Positions 47,000-53,430 of a stretch of DNA of 64,000 bases are shown piece by piece; position 1 is the first letter of the stretch; every line of letters starts with the position of its first letter. The position numbers were made by a program, and so were the translations under genes. Location: positions 931 through 64,930 of IMG/VR virus record IMGVR_UViG_3300024308_000006; one strand, written 5' to 3'. Under the pieces are notes generated by a model that was not told the origin of the DNA, did no database searches, and worked only from the letters and a program-made list of their open reading frames with translations. Origin of the DNA: a virus.

Positions 47000-47664
47000 G
47001 CCTGCCCTCCGTGCAATGCAGCGCGCAACCCGGCCAGGCCACGTCGCCCACCTTCCTCGGTGCGGCAAGAGCTGACCGACTCAGGGTCAGGCAGGCCAAG
47101 CGGGATCGTGCGCAGCGGCTCGCCATCCATCACCATGCGGCACGCGGCGGCGTAGTTGCGGGCGAACAGCTTGCGGCTTGCGTCTTCCTTGAGCGTGCTC
47201 AGGGTGTGAAAGCCGGTTTCGAGCGCAGCGTGGCACACCGCCGGATGGCTCCATGGCTTATCGAGCGCAGGCCCAGCACGGTAGGCGCGACGGCACGCCT
47301 CGCGGTAAGCCTTGTCCTCGGTCGGCAGGCCAAAGTCTTCGGGGTCGAGCTCTAGGCACAGGGCGCGGAACTGGCCAGCAGCAGGCGGCCACTCCTGCAG
47401 CTGCTTGTCCTGGGTCGTCGCCAGGGCGTTGAGGCCGACAGCGATCTGCTCGCCGGTCATGCCCCCGAGCGTTGCTGCCCAGGCATGGCTCTGATCAACC
47501 GACACACCGAAACTCCCCGTCCATTTCTTCCCATAAAGTTCCGCCATCTTGATCCACAGCTTGTCCAGCAGCGGCTGAGCGAGCTTCGCGCTCGGCGATG
47601 GCTTGCTTGACGGCATCGACGGCTGAGAGAGGGCGGACTGAATCAGATCGCGTGCTGCTTGCAT
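46996..47664 (-). CDS. lambda P-like replication protein (helicase loader)
   Basis: ...WAATLGGMTGEQIAVGLNAL...WPPAAGQFRALC... parallels lambda P (...NGITTMEQVNAGM...PSPGQFVAWC). ATG 47664 has SD GAGG. An alternative start at 47547 is possible. Confidence 0.6.
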   Translation of the reverse strand: MQAARDLIQSALSQPSMPSSKPSPSAKLAQPLLDKLWIKMAELYGKKWTGSFGVSVDQSHAWAATLGGMTGEQIAVGLNALATTQDKQLQEWPPAAGQFRALCLELDPEDFGLPTEDKAYREACRRAYRAGPALDKPWSHPAVCHAALETGFHTLSTLKEDASRKLFARNYAAACRMVMDGEPLRTIPLGLPDPESVSSCRTEEGGRRGLAGLRAALHGGQA

Positions 47665-48325
47665 GAGTTACCTCGTCTTCCCAGCGGCGCTGGTTGAGCC
47701 AGGTGGTCGGGTGCGGGATGTATTGGCCACCGTCGCGCTGCCAGTCGGCGGTGAGCTTGTGTGCGGCAATGGCGGACAGGATGGCGGCCTGCAGATCGGC
47801 GCTCGGCTTGAGCTTTGCCCATGCCTTCTCGGCGGTGGCCTTGGCCTTTTTCAGCGGATAGGCAGACCAGAACTCAGCAAACCCGCCTGCCGAAGGGGGC
47901 AAGGGGTTGTTATCTACTGGTTCTTGGTTAGTGGTTAGTGGTTCTTGGTTAGGTGCTCGTTCGTGCTCGCCTGGTGTACGTTTCGTGCCTGCTTGAGCAC
48001 GTTTCGTGCGTTTGGCTTCTTCGCGCTGTTCAGCAATTTCCTTATTTTTCTGAGACTTGGCGTGATACGCCGCAATCTCGTCCTGAATGCGCTCTTGAAC
48101 GAAAACACCATCAACCTGAGTGAAGAATTTGCTCAGAACGAAGCGAACAGCGGCCTCTTCTTCCTCGGTTCGCGCCCAGCACCAGTCGATTGCTTCGGCT
48201 TCCGTGGGGAAGCGTTCACGGTCGTAGCACGCATCGAGCAAGAGCGTGTACGCACCGTGCTCCAGCATGGTCAGGCGACCAGCCTTCTTGTGGTAATCGC
48301 CGATGTTGCGTTTGAAGTAGTGCAT
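47495..48325 (-). CDS. DUF1376 (YdaU-like) replication initiation-associated protein
   Basis: Start trimmed to MHYFKRNIGDYHKKAGRLTMLEHGAYTLLLDACYDRE (DUF1376 signature). The C-terminus AEFWSAYPLKK...W is typical of phage replication proteins. Confidence 0.7.
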   Translation of the reverse strand: MHYFKRNIGDYHKKAGRLTMLEHGAYTLLLDACYDRERFPTEAEAIDWCWARTEEEEAAVRFVLSKFFTQVDGVFVQERIQDEIAAYHAKSQKNKEIAEQREEAKRTKRAQAGTKRTPGEHERAPNQEPLTTNQEPVDNNPLPPSAGGFAEFWSAYPLKKAKATAEKAWAKLKPSADLQAAILSAIAAHKLTADWQRDGGQYIPHPTTWLNQRRWEDEVTHASSTRSDSVRPLSAVDAVKQAIAEREARSAAAGQAVDQDGGTLWEEMDGEFRCVG

Positions 48326-48327
48326 GG

Positions 48328-48600
48328 CTACGCCACCACTCCGACAGACGCCGAATCGTTCGCCGCAAGGCGGTACTCGGCCACCCGCACGCGCTTGCCG
48401 TGGCGGTTTTCCACCCACAGCCAATGCGTCTCGATGTTCATGCCAGCCTGACGCAACTCGTCGATACGCGAGGCCAGACGGGCGCAGCCAAAGTGATTGA
48501 GCGCCTGCAGGGCGGTCAGCGTGCCGCCGCGCTCAAGGAAGGTGCGAATAGCGGCGCGCTGGGAATTGCTGGTCTTGCTGTTCGGATTGTCGTTCGACAT
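48328..48600 (-). CDS. winged-helix (HTH_39-like) DNA-binding protein
   Basis: Start at MSNDNPNSK (ATG 48600, SD GGGGGAA). LTALQALNHFGCARLASRIDELRQAGMNIET...GKRVRVAEYRL. Confidence 0.65.
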   Translation of the reverse strand: MSNDNPNSKTSNSQRAAIRTFLERGGTLTALQALNHFGCARLASRIDELRQAGMNIETHWLWVENRHGKRVRVAEYRLAANDSASVGVVA

Positions 48601-48609
48601 AATTCCCCC

Positions 48610-48659
48610 GTGATGTGAGAAAGCCCGGCCGCCTCCCAAGCTGTTCCGGGCTTTTTTTT
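48610..48659 (+). ncRNA. candidate oop-like antisense sRNA (about 50 nt)
   Basis: Plus-strand TTGCTG (48575-80)-N17-CATAAT (48598-603) promoter. Then the hairpin AAGCCCGG...CCGGGCTT and a T8 run (48621-48659), a canonical intrinsic terminator. No plus-strand gene lies here. Confidence 0.3.
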
Positions 48660-48667
48660 GCCTGCGA

Positions 48668-48961
48668 TTACTCTTCCCACTCCAGTACCTGGTCCTGTAC
48701 CGGGTACTTCAAACCAAGCTGCGCCAGGGCTCGCAGGTGCTCGACATACACCGGGTCGAAGCACTGCACAGATTCCGGCACCACCTTGAGCCCCAGGTGG
48801 GCAAGCATCTCCGCCGTTTTCGCCAGATCACCGCTCGACTTTTGCCGGCTGATCTGGCTTTCACTCACGCCCATCAGGTCGGCCAGGTGGGTCTGGCCGA
48901 AACCTGCAAGGGCTTTCAGGATGGCGGCTTCGTTCTTGCGTGCGCGGTCGGGCTTGTTCAT
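48668..48961 (-). CDS. cII: CII-like transcriptional activator
   Basis: MNKPDRARKNEAAILKALAGFGQTHLADLMGVSESQISRQK...MLAHLGLKVV parallels lambda CII (NEALRIESALLNKIAMLGTEKTAEAVGVDKSQISRWK...LLAVLEW). Confidence 0.7.
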   Translation of the reverse strand: MNKPDRARKNEAAILKALAGFGQTHLADLMGVSESQISRQKSSGDLAKTAEMLAHLGLKVVPESVQCFDPVYVEHLRALAQLGLKYPVQDQVLEWEE

Positions 48962-48972
48962 CTGTAATGACC

Positions 48973-49203
48973 TCAAGCAGCAGCGAGTTCAGGCCAAATG
49001 CGGCTCCAGTCGTCAGGCCGCAACTCCTGACGAGTGACAGCGCCGCCTGTTTCGCGCTCGATTCCAGCCGCAACCTCGGCAGATGCTGTTTTGTTGCCGT
49101 AGGCGATCTGGCGCAAGTAGCCACGGGTCGTTCCCGTCTTGGAAACTTGTTCATCCGAGGCGTTTTTTAGCCACCCCAGGAGGGTTGTGTGCTTGGTTTT
49201 CAT
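48973..49203 (-). CDS. cro: Cro/YdaS-like HTH regulator
   Basis: MKTKHTTLLGWLK...TTRGYLRQIAYGNKTASAEVAAGIERETGGAVTRQELRPDDW. Divergent from the repressor gene across the operator region. Confidence 0.65.
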   Translation of the reverse strand: MKTKHTTLLGWLKNASDEQVSKTGTTRGYLRQIAYGNKTASAEVAAGIERETGGAVTRQELRPDDWSRIWPELAAA

Positions 49204-49232
49204 GGAGGCACTCCTATGCAATGCACGGAATG

Positions 49233-49296
49233 ATTACCCATCGGTAATGCTTTGGCAAGCAATCCATTACCCGCAGAACATTTACCTACAAGTAAC
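49233..49296. promoter_or_regulatory. operator cluster and divergent promoters between cro and the repressor
   Basis: Perfect palindrome ATTACC-CATC-GGTAAT (49233-48), plus degenerate copies ATTACCCGCAGAACAT (49266-81) and TTTACCTACAAGTAAC (49281-96). On the minus strand, TTGCCA-N16/17-TAATCA overlaps the first site. Confidence 0.65.
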
Positions 49297-49315
49297 AAGT
49301 CGGGAAGATGTGCGA

Positions 49316-50089
49316 ATGGATATCTACGAAGCCCGCCGAACGAACCTACGCCGCCTGATGGACGCCACCTATGGCATTAACGCCAGGGGCGCCCAAACCA
49401 GAATGGCTGAGCGCCTGAACAAATCTCAGAACTATCTGTCGCGCTGCCTTGCCGATCCGCAAGCCAGCGGCTTCAAGAAGATAGGCGAGCAATTTGCGCG
49501 GGAGATAGAAGCCGAGTTCGGGCTTAGGCGGCATTCGCTGGACTTTGACTCGTTCATCGAACAGCAGGACCGATTGCCAACCAACCAATTTACGACTGGC
49601 GAGGGCTCGTGCAGAAATGCTGAAGCCTTTGATGTAGGGATCGACACAGGCGCACAAATAACCTCGGTTCCCCTCCCCTTCGATCAAGGCAGGGTGCCGG
49701 TAGTAGGAAAGGCAATGCTCGGCATGGATGGATACTTTGAGGCGCTGGATTATCCAGTTGGTCATGGCGATGGATACCTCGCGGTTCCGAGTCGCGACCC
49801 TAACGCTTATGCGCTTCGCGTGGTGGGGAACTCTATGACGCCAAGGATCAAGAACGGTGAGTTCGTCTTGATTGAGCCTGGTCAGACGTTCGCTAACGGC
49901 GACGACGTGCTGGTCAGGACGCGCGACGGGCGATCCATGATCAAGGAGTTCGTCTACCTGCGTGACGGCCAATATCGCTTTGACAGCTACGGAAATGGGT
50001 ACGAGCCAATCTACCTGGATGAAGGCCAGGTAGAGCAAATTCACTTCGTCGGCGGCATCTTTAAGTCGTACCGGTTCTCACCTGAGTAA
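49316..50089 (+). CDS. cI: cI/LexA-type repressor (HTH plus S24 peptidase)
   Basis: Start at MDIYEARRTNLRRLMD. C-terminal S24 domain ...AYALRVVGNSMTPRIKNGEFVLIEP...DVLVRTRDGRSMIKEF. Confidence 0.85.
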   Translation: MDIYEARRTNLRRLMDATYGINARGAQTRMAERLNKSQNYLSRCLADPQASGFKKIGEQFAREIEAEFGLRRHSLDFDSFIEQQDRLPTNQFTTGEGSCRNAEAFDVGIDTGAQITSVPLPFDQGRVPVVGKAMLGMDGYFEALDYPVGHGDGYLAVPSRDPNAYALRVVGNSMTPRIKNGEFVLIEPGQTFANGDDVLVRTRDGRSMIKEFVYLRDGQYRFDSYGNGYEPIYLDEGQVEQIHFVGGIFKSYRFSPE

Positions 50090-50102
50090 GCGCTGATCAA
50101 GG

Positions 50103-50519
50103 ATGCTCAAGATGCTCAGAAATATCTTTGCTGTCGCTCTGTTCCCGGCCGTCGCTATGGCTGACCCAGGCCTTGAGTTATTGCGTGAGGTGCTCGCCAC
50201 CGGCAGAGTTTGCTCGTTCGCAAAGGGCGTAACAGACCGCCAAGAGTGCTATGTGAAAGCATCGCCTGCACGATGCGAGCGCGAGGCTCGCGCAGGGATA
50301 ATGGGCAACCCCGTGCTTTTTGCGCAGTTTCGCGCCTGCATAATTTCCTGCGGAAATGCCGGGGTATGGTCATCATCAGTAGGAGAATGCAGCAGGAGCC
50401 TTGTGATTGAGGACGCGCCGCAACGAGCGGAAAGACTCACCGCTCTGCGTTGCGATAATGAATCATGGGAATCGGGCTGGGTCAGCGCTGATTGCCTAGA
50501 GGCCGCCGAAGGCCGATAA
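50103..50519 (+). CDS. secreted Cys-rich protein co-transcribed with the repressor (moron)
   Basis: Signal peptide ...RNIFAVALFPAVAMA and 8 Cys. Begins 14 nt after the cI stop and is followed by a strong terminator. An alternative start at ATG 50112 has better SD spacing. Confidence 0.65.
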   Translation: MLKMLRNIFAVALFPAVAMADPGLELLREVLATGRVCSFAKGVTDRQECYVKASPARCEREARAGIMGNPVLFAQFRACIISCGNAGVWSSSVGECSRSLVIEDAPQRAERLTALRCDNESWESGWVSADCLEAAEGR

Positions 50520-50534
50520 CACCCTAAGCCAAAC

Positions 50535-50562
50535 AAACCCGCCACCGAGCGGGTTTTTTTTG
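50535..50562 (+). terminator. intrinsic terminator of the repressor-moron operon
   Basis: AAACCCGC-CACCGA-GCGGGTTT followed by a T8 run. Confidence 0.85.
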
Positions 50563-50578
50563 TGCCCCCAGAAAAAAC

Positions 50579-50622
50579 ATTACCCACAGGTATTGACTGA
50601 AATCATTACCTGCCGGTAATGT
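50579..50622 (+). promoter_or_regulatory. repressor-controlled early promoter (PL-equivalent) with two operators
   Basis: ATTACC-CACA-GGTATT (50579-94) and ATTACC-TGCC-GGTAAT (50605-20) have the same half-sites as the cro/cI operators. They overlap TTGACT (50593-98)-N18-TAATGT (50617-22). Confidence 0.7.
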
Positions 50623-50628
50623 GCGCAC

Positions 50629-51243
50629 AACACAAGGCAGCGATGCCCCGGCCAAGGCCGAAACGCTCTTTAACAACCTCGAACCTTCCGCAGTCCCGAC
50701 AGCCTCGGCTGAGCGACGGAAGCAAAACACGACTGCTATTGCCGGCGAACCGGCCCACGCATGGCTCTGGTCACCATGCCGACTCGACCTGTTGACCCCT
50801 GGAATCAGCAGCCCACCGAGGCGCACCCACCCGCTCCCTGCCGGATGCCTGAGACGAAGGCGCACCACCAGCACAGCGGCCAAGTGAAGCAATGCCCGGC
50901 CTGATGGCGAGTAATCAGGCACCGACAGCCAGACGAGACAGCCGCGCAAGAGGCCAGTAGCTGAGCGCGGCGAGGAAATACGACACACGCCGGGGCTTAG
51001 GCTCCGGCTGTATCGGTGGGTGATCTGAACAGCCAGCAACCTATAAGGCGCTGGAAAACAGCCAAAACGCGAGGGTTTGCGGCCTCGGGAAGACAGCAAG
51101 TCCGAATGCCCAGGCGGTGAGTAATCACGGGGATCGGCTAGTGGGGCGCAGCTCAGTGGCGCCAAGCGGGGTTTGCCTTCCGCACAGATCACCCAACCCA
51201 TACAGCCACCAGCACCACAACGAACAGCCAGGAGGGAATCGCC
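50629..51243 (+). ncRNA. about 615-nt untranslated early leader / candidate long ncRNA
   Basis: No plausible plus-strand ORF: only short ORFs of 50 aa or less with rare codons and no SD. C/A-rich and T-poor. Contains an internal imperfect repeat. Bounded by the promoter/boxA and the first gene with a good SD. Confidence 0.35.
50664..50676 (+). promoter_or_regulatory. boxA antitermination element
   Basis: CGCTCTTTAACAA is 12/13 identical to rrn boxA TGCTCTTTAACAA and shares CGCTCTT with lambda nut boxA. It lies about 35 nt downstream of the predicted TSS and is followed by the stem-loop CTTCCG...CGGAAG (50685-50722). Confidence 0.7.
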
Positions 51244-51450
51244 ATGGCCCAATTCAACATCGACGCACACCTGAGTGACGGCAAGAGCCTGCAGTGGCTG
51301 GCCCTGCCGGACATCGGCGAACACCCGCTGGATGTTGAGGCGCAGGTGCGCCAGGCCGCCATGCAGAAGTTTGGCCAGGCGGCGTACTTCAACCACTGGA
51401 CGCGCACGGTGGCCAGCAACGGCTACATCACGGTGCGCATGCACACCTAA
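51244..51450 (+). CDS. hypothetical early protein (68 aa)
   Basis: ORF-track ORF with strong SD AGGAGG 8 nt upstream. Confidence 0.6.
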   Translation: MAQFNIDAHLSDGKSLQWLALPDIGEHPLDVEAQVRQAAMQKFGQAAYFNHWTRTVASNGYITVRMHT

Positions 51451-51833
51451 CACCCCGCCCTCTCGCGGGACGCCGGTAGCCCGGCAAACGAGAGGCGGTC
51501 GAGGCACGCTGGCCGATAGAGCGATGCGCGGAGTTCCTGTCCTACCAGGTGGCCGCGCTAGCAAGCGACCAGGCTGGCGCGCTAACGCCGCATGCCGACC
51601 TGCACGGCGCCGAATGCAGGCCGTCCACCCGCGAGGGCGGATCGGAGAGTGCAGATAGACGCCGGCAACGCGGGGCAGGGTCGCAACCCCCTGCAGTCGG
51701 CGAGACAGGCTCCAACGTGGAGTTCTGCATTCCCCGATGCGCCCCCCGCATCAGCTCCTTCTCAGCATTTATCCCGCACACGCCGGGGCTTTTTCGCCCG
51801 CAGCACGCGGGGCATCACTCAAGAGGAAAGGGC

Positions 51834-52190
51834 ATGGCAGACAAACTCTACCCTTGCAGTCGCTGTGACGGAGAAGGCCGGGTATGGCTTTTCGCTCACG
51901 TTTTTGCTGGCGTCTGTTTCCAGTGTGGCGGTTCCGGCAAGCAAAAAACCAAACCGCGCCCCAAGGCTGTCAAGTGGGCCGTCTTCGGTCACTGCCGCAA
52001 CACCGGGAAGGTCGGACGCCTTTATAACGTCAGCGCGCCGACTCAGGCCGCCGCGATCAACAAGGCCCGCGAGATTTACGAGCGCTCCAGCACCGCCTGG
52101 CGAGACGAGTGGAGTATGGCAAACGCCTTCGCTCAGACCTGGGCCGAGCTTCAGGAAGCCGGGACGCTGGAAACCGCCGGAATCGAGTAG
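51834..52190 (+). CDS. protein with a DnaJ-type double CxxCxGxG zinc finger (118 aa)
   Basis: Start trimmed to MADKLYPCSRCDGEGRVWLFAHVFAGVCFQCGGSGKQK (SD GAGGAAAGGG). Confidence 0.6.
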   Translation: MADKLYPCSRCDGEGRVWLFAHVFAGVCFQCGGSGKQKTKPRPKAVKWAVFGHCRNTGKVGRLYNVSAPTQAAAINKAREIYERSSTAWRDEWSMANAFAQTWAELQEAGTLETAGIE

Positions 52191-52313
52191 CCACCCGCCC
52201 CGGCTAGCTGGGGCACTCCCCAACCATCCCCATACGAAGCACTCCGGCGCCGACTTTGCGGAAAGTCTGCGGCTGTCGGGGTTCTCCCTATGGCGATACA
52301 GAGGATCACGACT

Positions 52314-52673
52314 ATGAGTCTTGCACTACGCAATACCCGAGCCTTCGCCGCTGGCCAAGCCGCTTGGGATAACGCCCTGCCGCCGGAAGATGACGGGCGC
52401 GAGGACTATATCGAGCAGCAGGCGGGCTATCTGCTCAACGGCTGGGATGCCGATCAAGTCAGCTTCCTGCCCTACCGGGGCATGACCGACTTCGCCAGCC
52501 GCGCCGACGAGCTGATTGCCGACAAGGACAACGGGCATCTGGTGGCGCAGATCGTCGTCGCCCTGCTGGCCCGCGATACCGACAAGGCCATTGAGCTGGC
52601 CACCCACTTCGACGACGACCTCACCAAGCTGGCCAAGGAAATCGTGACGACCCAACTGGAGAACAGAGCATGA
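52314..52673 (+). CDS. hypothetical early protein (119 aa)
   Basis: Start trimmed to MSLALRN (SD GAGGA). Confidence 0.55.
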   Translation: MSLALRNTRAFAAGQAAWDNALPPEDDGREDYIEQQAGYLLNGWDADQVSFLPYRGMTDFASRADELIADKDNGHLVAQIVVALLARDTDKAIELATHFDDDLTKLAKEIVTTQLENRA

Positions 52674-52969
52674 GCACTGTAACCGCCAAGCAAGAGCTGT
52701 ACCTGCACGTTAAAGCCGATGGCAGCCGCGTGCTGCGTGATTGCGACATGAGCGCCCATGCGGATCACTTCGGCGTCAGCATCGGCAAGGTGGCCTGCAC
52801 GATCACCTATGAGGACATCCACGACGTTGACCCTCGCGCCGCGCTGATTGGCAAGCTGGAAGAGCAGATCACCGAGACGCGCGCCAAGTGCGAGCGCGAG
52901 GTGAATCACCTGCTCGACCAGATCAGCAAGCTGCAGTGCCTGGAGTACCACCCTCATGCCGAGGGGTAG
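52670..52969 (+). CDS. hypothetical early protein (99 aa)
   Basis: ORF-track ORF with an ATGA overlap upstream. Confidence 0.55.
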   Translation: MSTVTAKQELYLHVKADGSRVLRDCDMSAHADHFGVSIGKVACTITYEDIHDVDPRAALIGKLEEQITETRAKCEREVNHLLDQISKLQCLEYHPHAEG

Positions 52970-53135
52970 CGGCTCCGAGAAGCGGTCGCACGCACTCGCC
53001 AAACGCTGCGTGCGACTGCGCAGCGACGGCCTTTCGCTGCAAGCCATCGCCGATCTGGTCGGCATTCACAAGGATCATGTGCCCGCCCGCATCAAGCTCG
53101 GCGAGCGCCTGCTGTCACTGGAGACAGACGCATGA
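52956..53135 (+). CDS. small HTH protein (59 aa, below the ORF-track cutoff)
   Basis: Manual translation: MPRGSGSEKRSHALAKRCVRLRSDGLSLQAIADLVGIHKDHVPARIKLGERLLSLETDA. Confidence 0.5.
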   Translation: MPRGSGSEKRSHALAKRCVRLRSDGLSLQAIADLVGIHKDHVPARIKLGERLLSLETDA

Positions 53136-53311
53136 GCAATTCCAAGCCCCAAGAGTTCGCCGGCAAGACCATTGCCGAAGCCCGCGCCCTGGCCGCCCGT
53201 TACGGCTACACCGCCGGCGGCTACCTGACCATATGCGGCTCGCTGTGCGTGATCCGATTCATGGACGCGCCGGCCTCCCCGCTCGGCCTGCCGCTGGAAA
53301 ACGGCTGGTAG
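53132..53311 (+). CDS. hypothetical 59-aa protein (below the ORF-track cutoff)
   Basis: Manual translation: MSNSKPQEFAGKTIAEARALAARYGYTAGGYLTICGSLCVIRFMDAPASPLGLPLENGW. ATGA overlap upstream. Confidence 0.45.
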   Translation: MSNSKPQEFAGKTIAEARALAARYGYTAGGYLTICGSLCVIRFMDAPASPLGLPLENGW

Positions 53312-53430
53312 GCACCGAAAACCGCTGAATCAACGCCAGCGGCCCCGGCATGGAAACGGGGCGGATCGCCCACGTCACGGGCCACCCCATCACCCCAACC
53401 ATGCTGCGCCAGGCGCGGCAGGAGAGAGTC

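Noticed and set aside
49139-49315. N-terminal extension of the repressor ORF (start at 49139, 316 aa).
   Set aside because: The extension runs through the operator/promoter region and overlaps cro on the other strand. The HTH domain begins at MDIYEARR (ATG 49316).
50643-50795. A 50-aa basic ORF (MPRPRPKRSLTTSNLPQSRQPR...) at the start of the leader, considered as a possible N-like Arg-rich antiterminator.
   Set aside because: It would have boxA inside its coding sequence. It uses many codons that are rare for this genome (AGG, TTA, ACA, CTT, CTA, TTG), has only a weak AAGG upstream, and has no resemblance to N-family ARM motifs beyond being basic.
50629-51243. The idea that the leader is an RsmA/CsrA sponge, because it contains 8-9 GGA triplets.
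   Set aside because: Roughly 10 GGA are expected by chance in 600 nt of this composition. Most are not in obvious hairpin loops with an ANGGA context.
50524-51564. A 346-aa minus-strand ORF spanning the 'non-coding' early leader.
   Set aside because: The translation is R/S/P/L/G-rich with no domain-like segments and no SD. It runs antisense through the promoter, the boxA and the well-supported 68-aa gene. An open frame of this length is not surprising in T-poor, GC-rich DNA.
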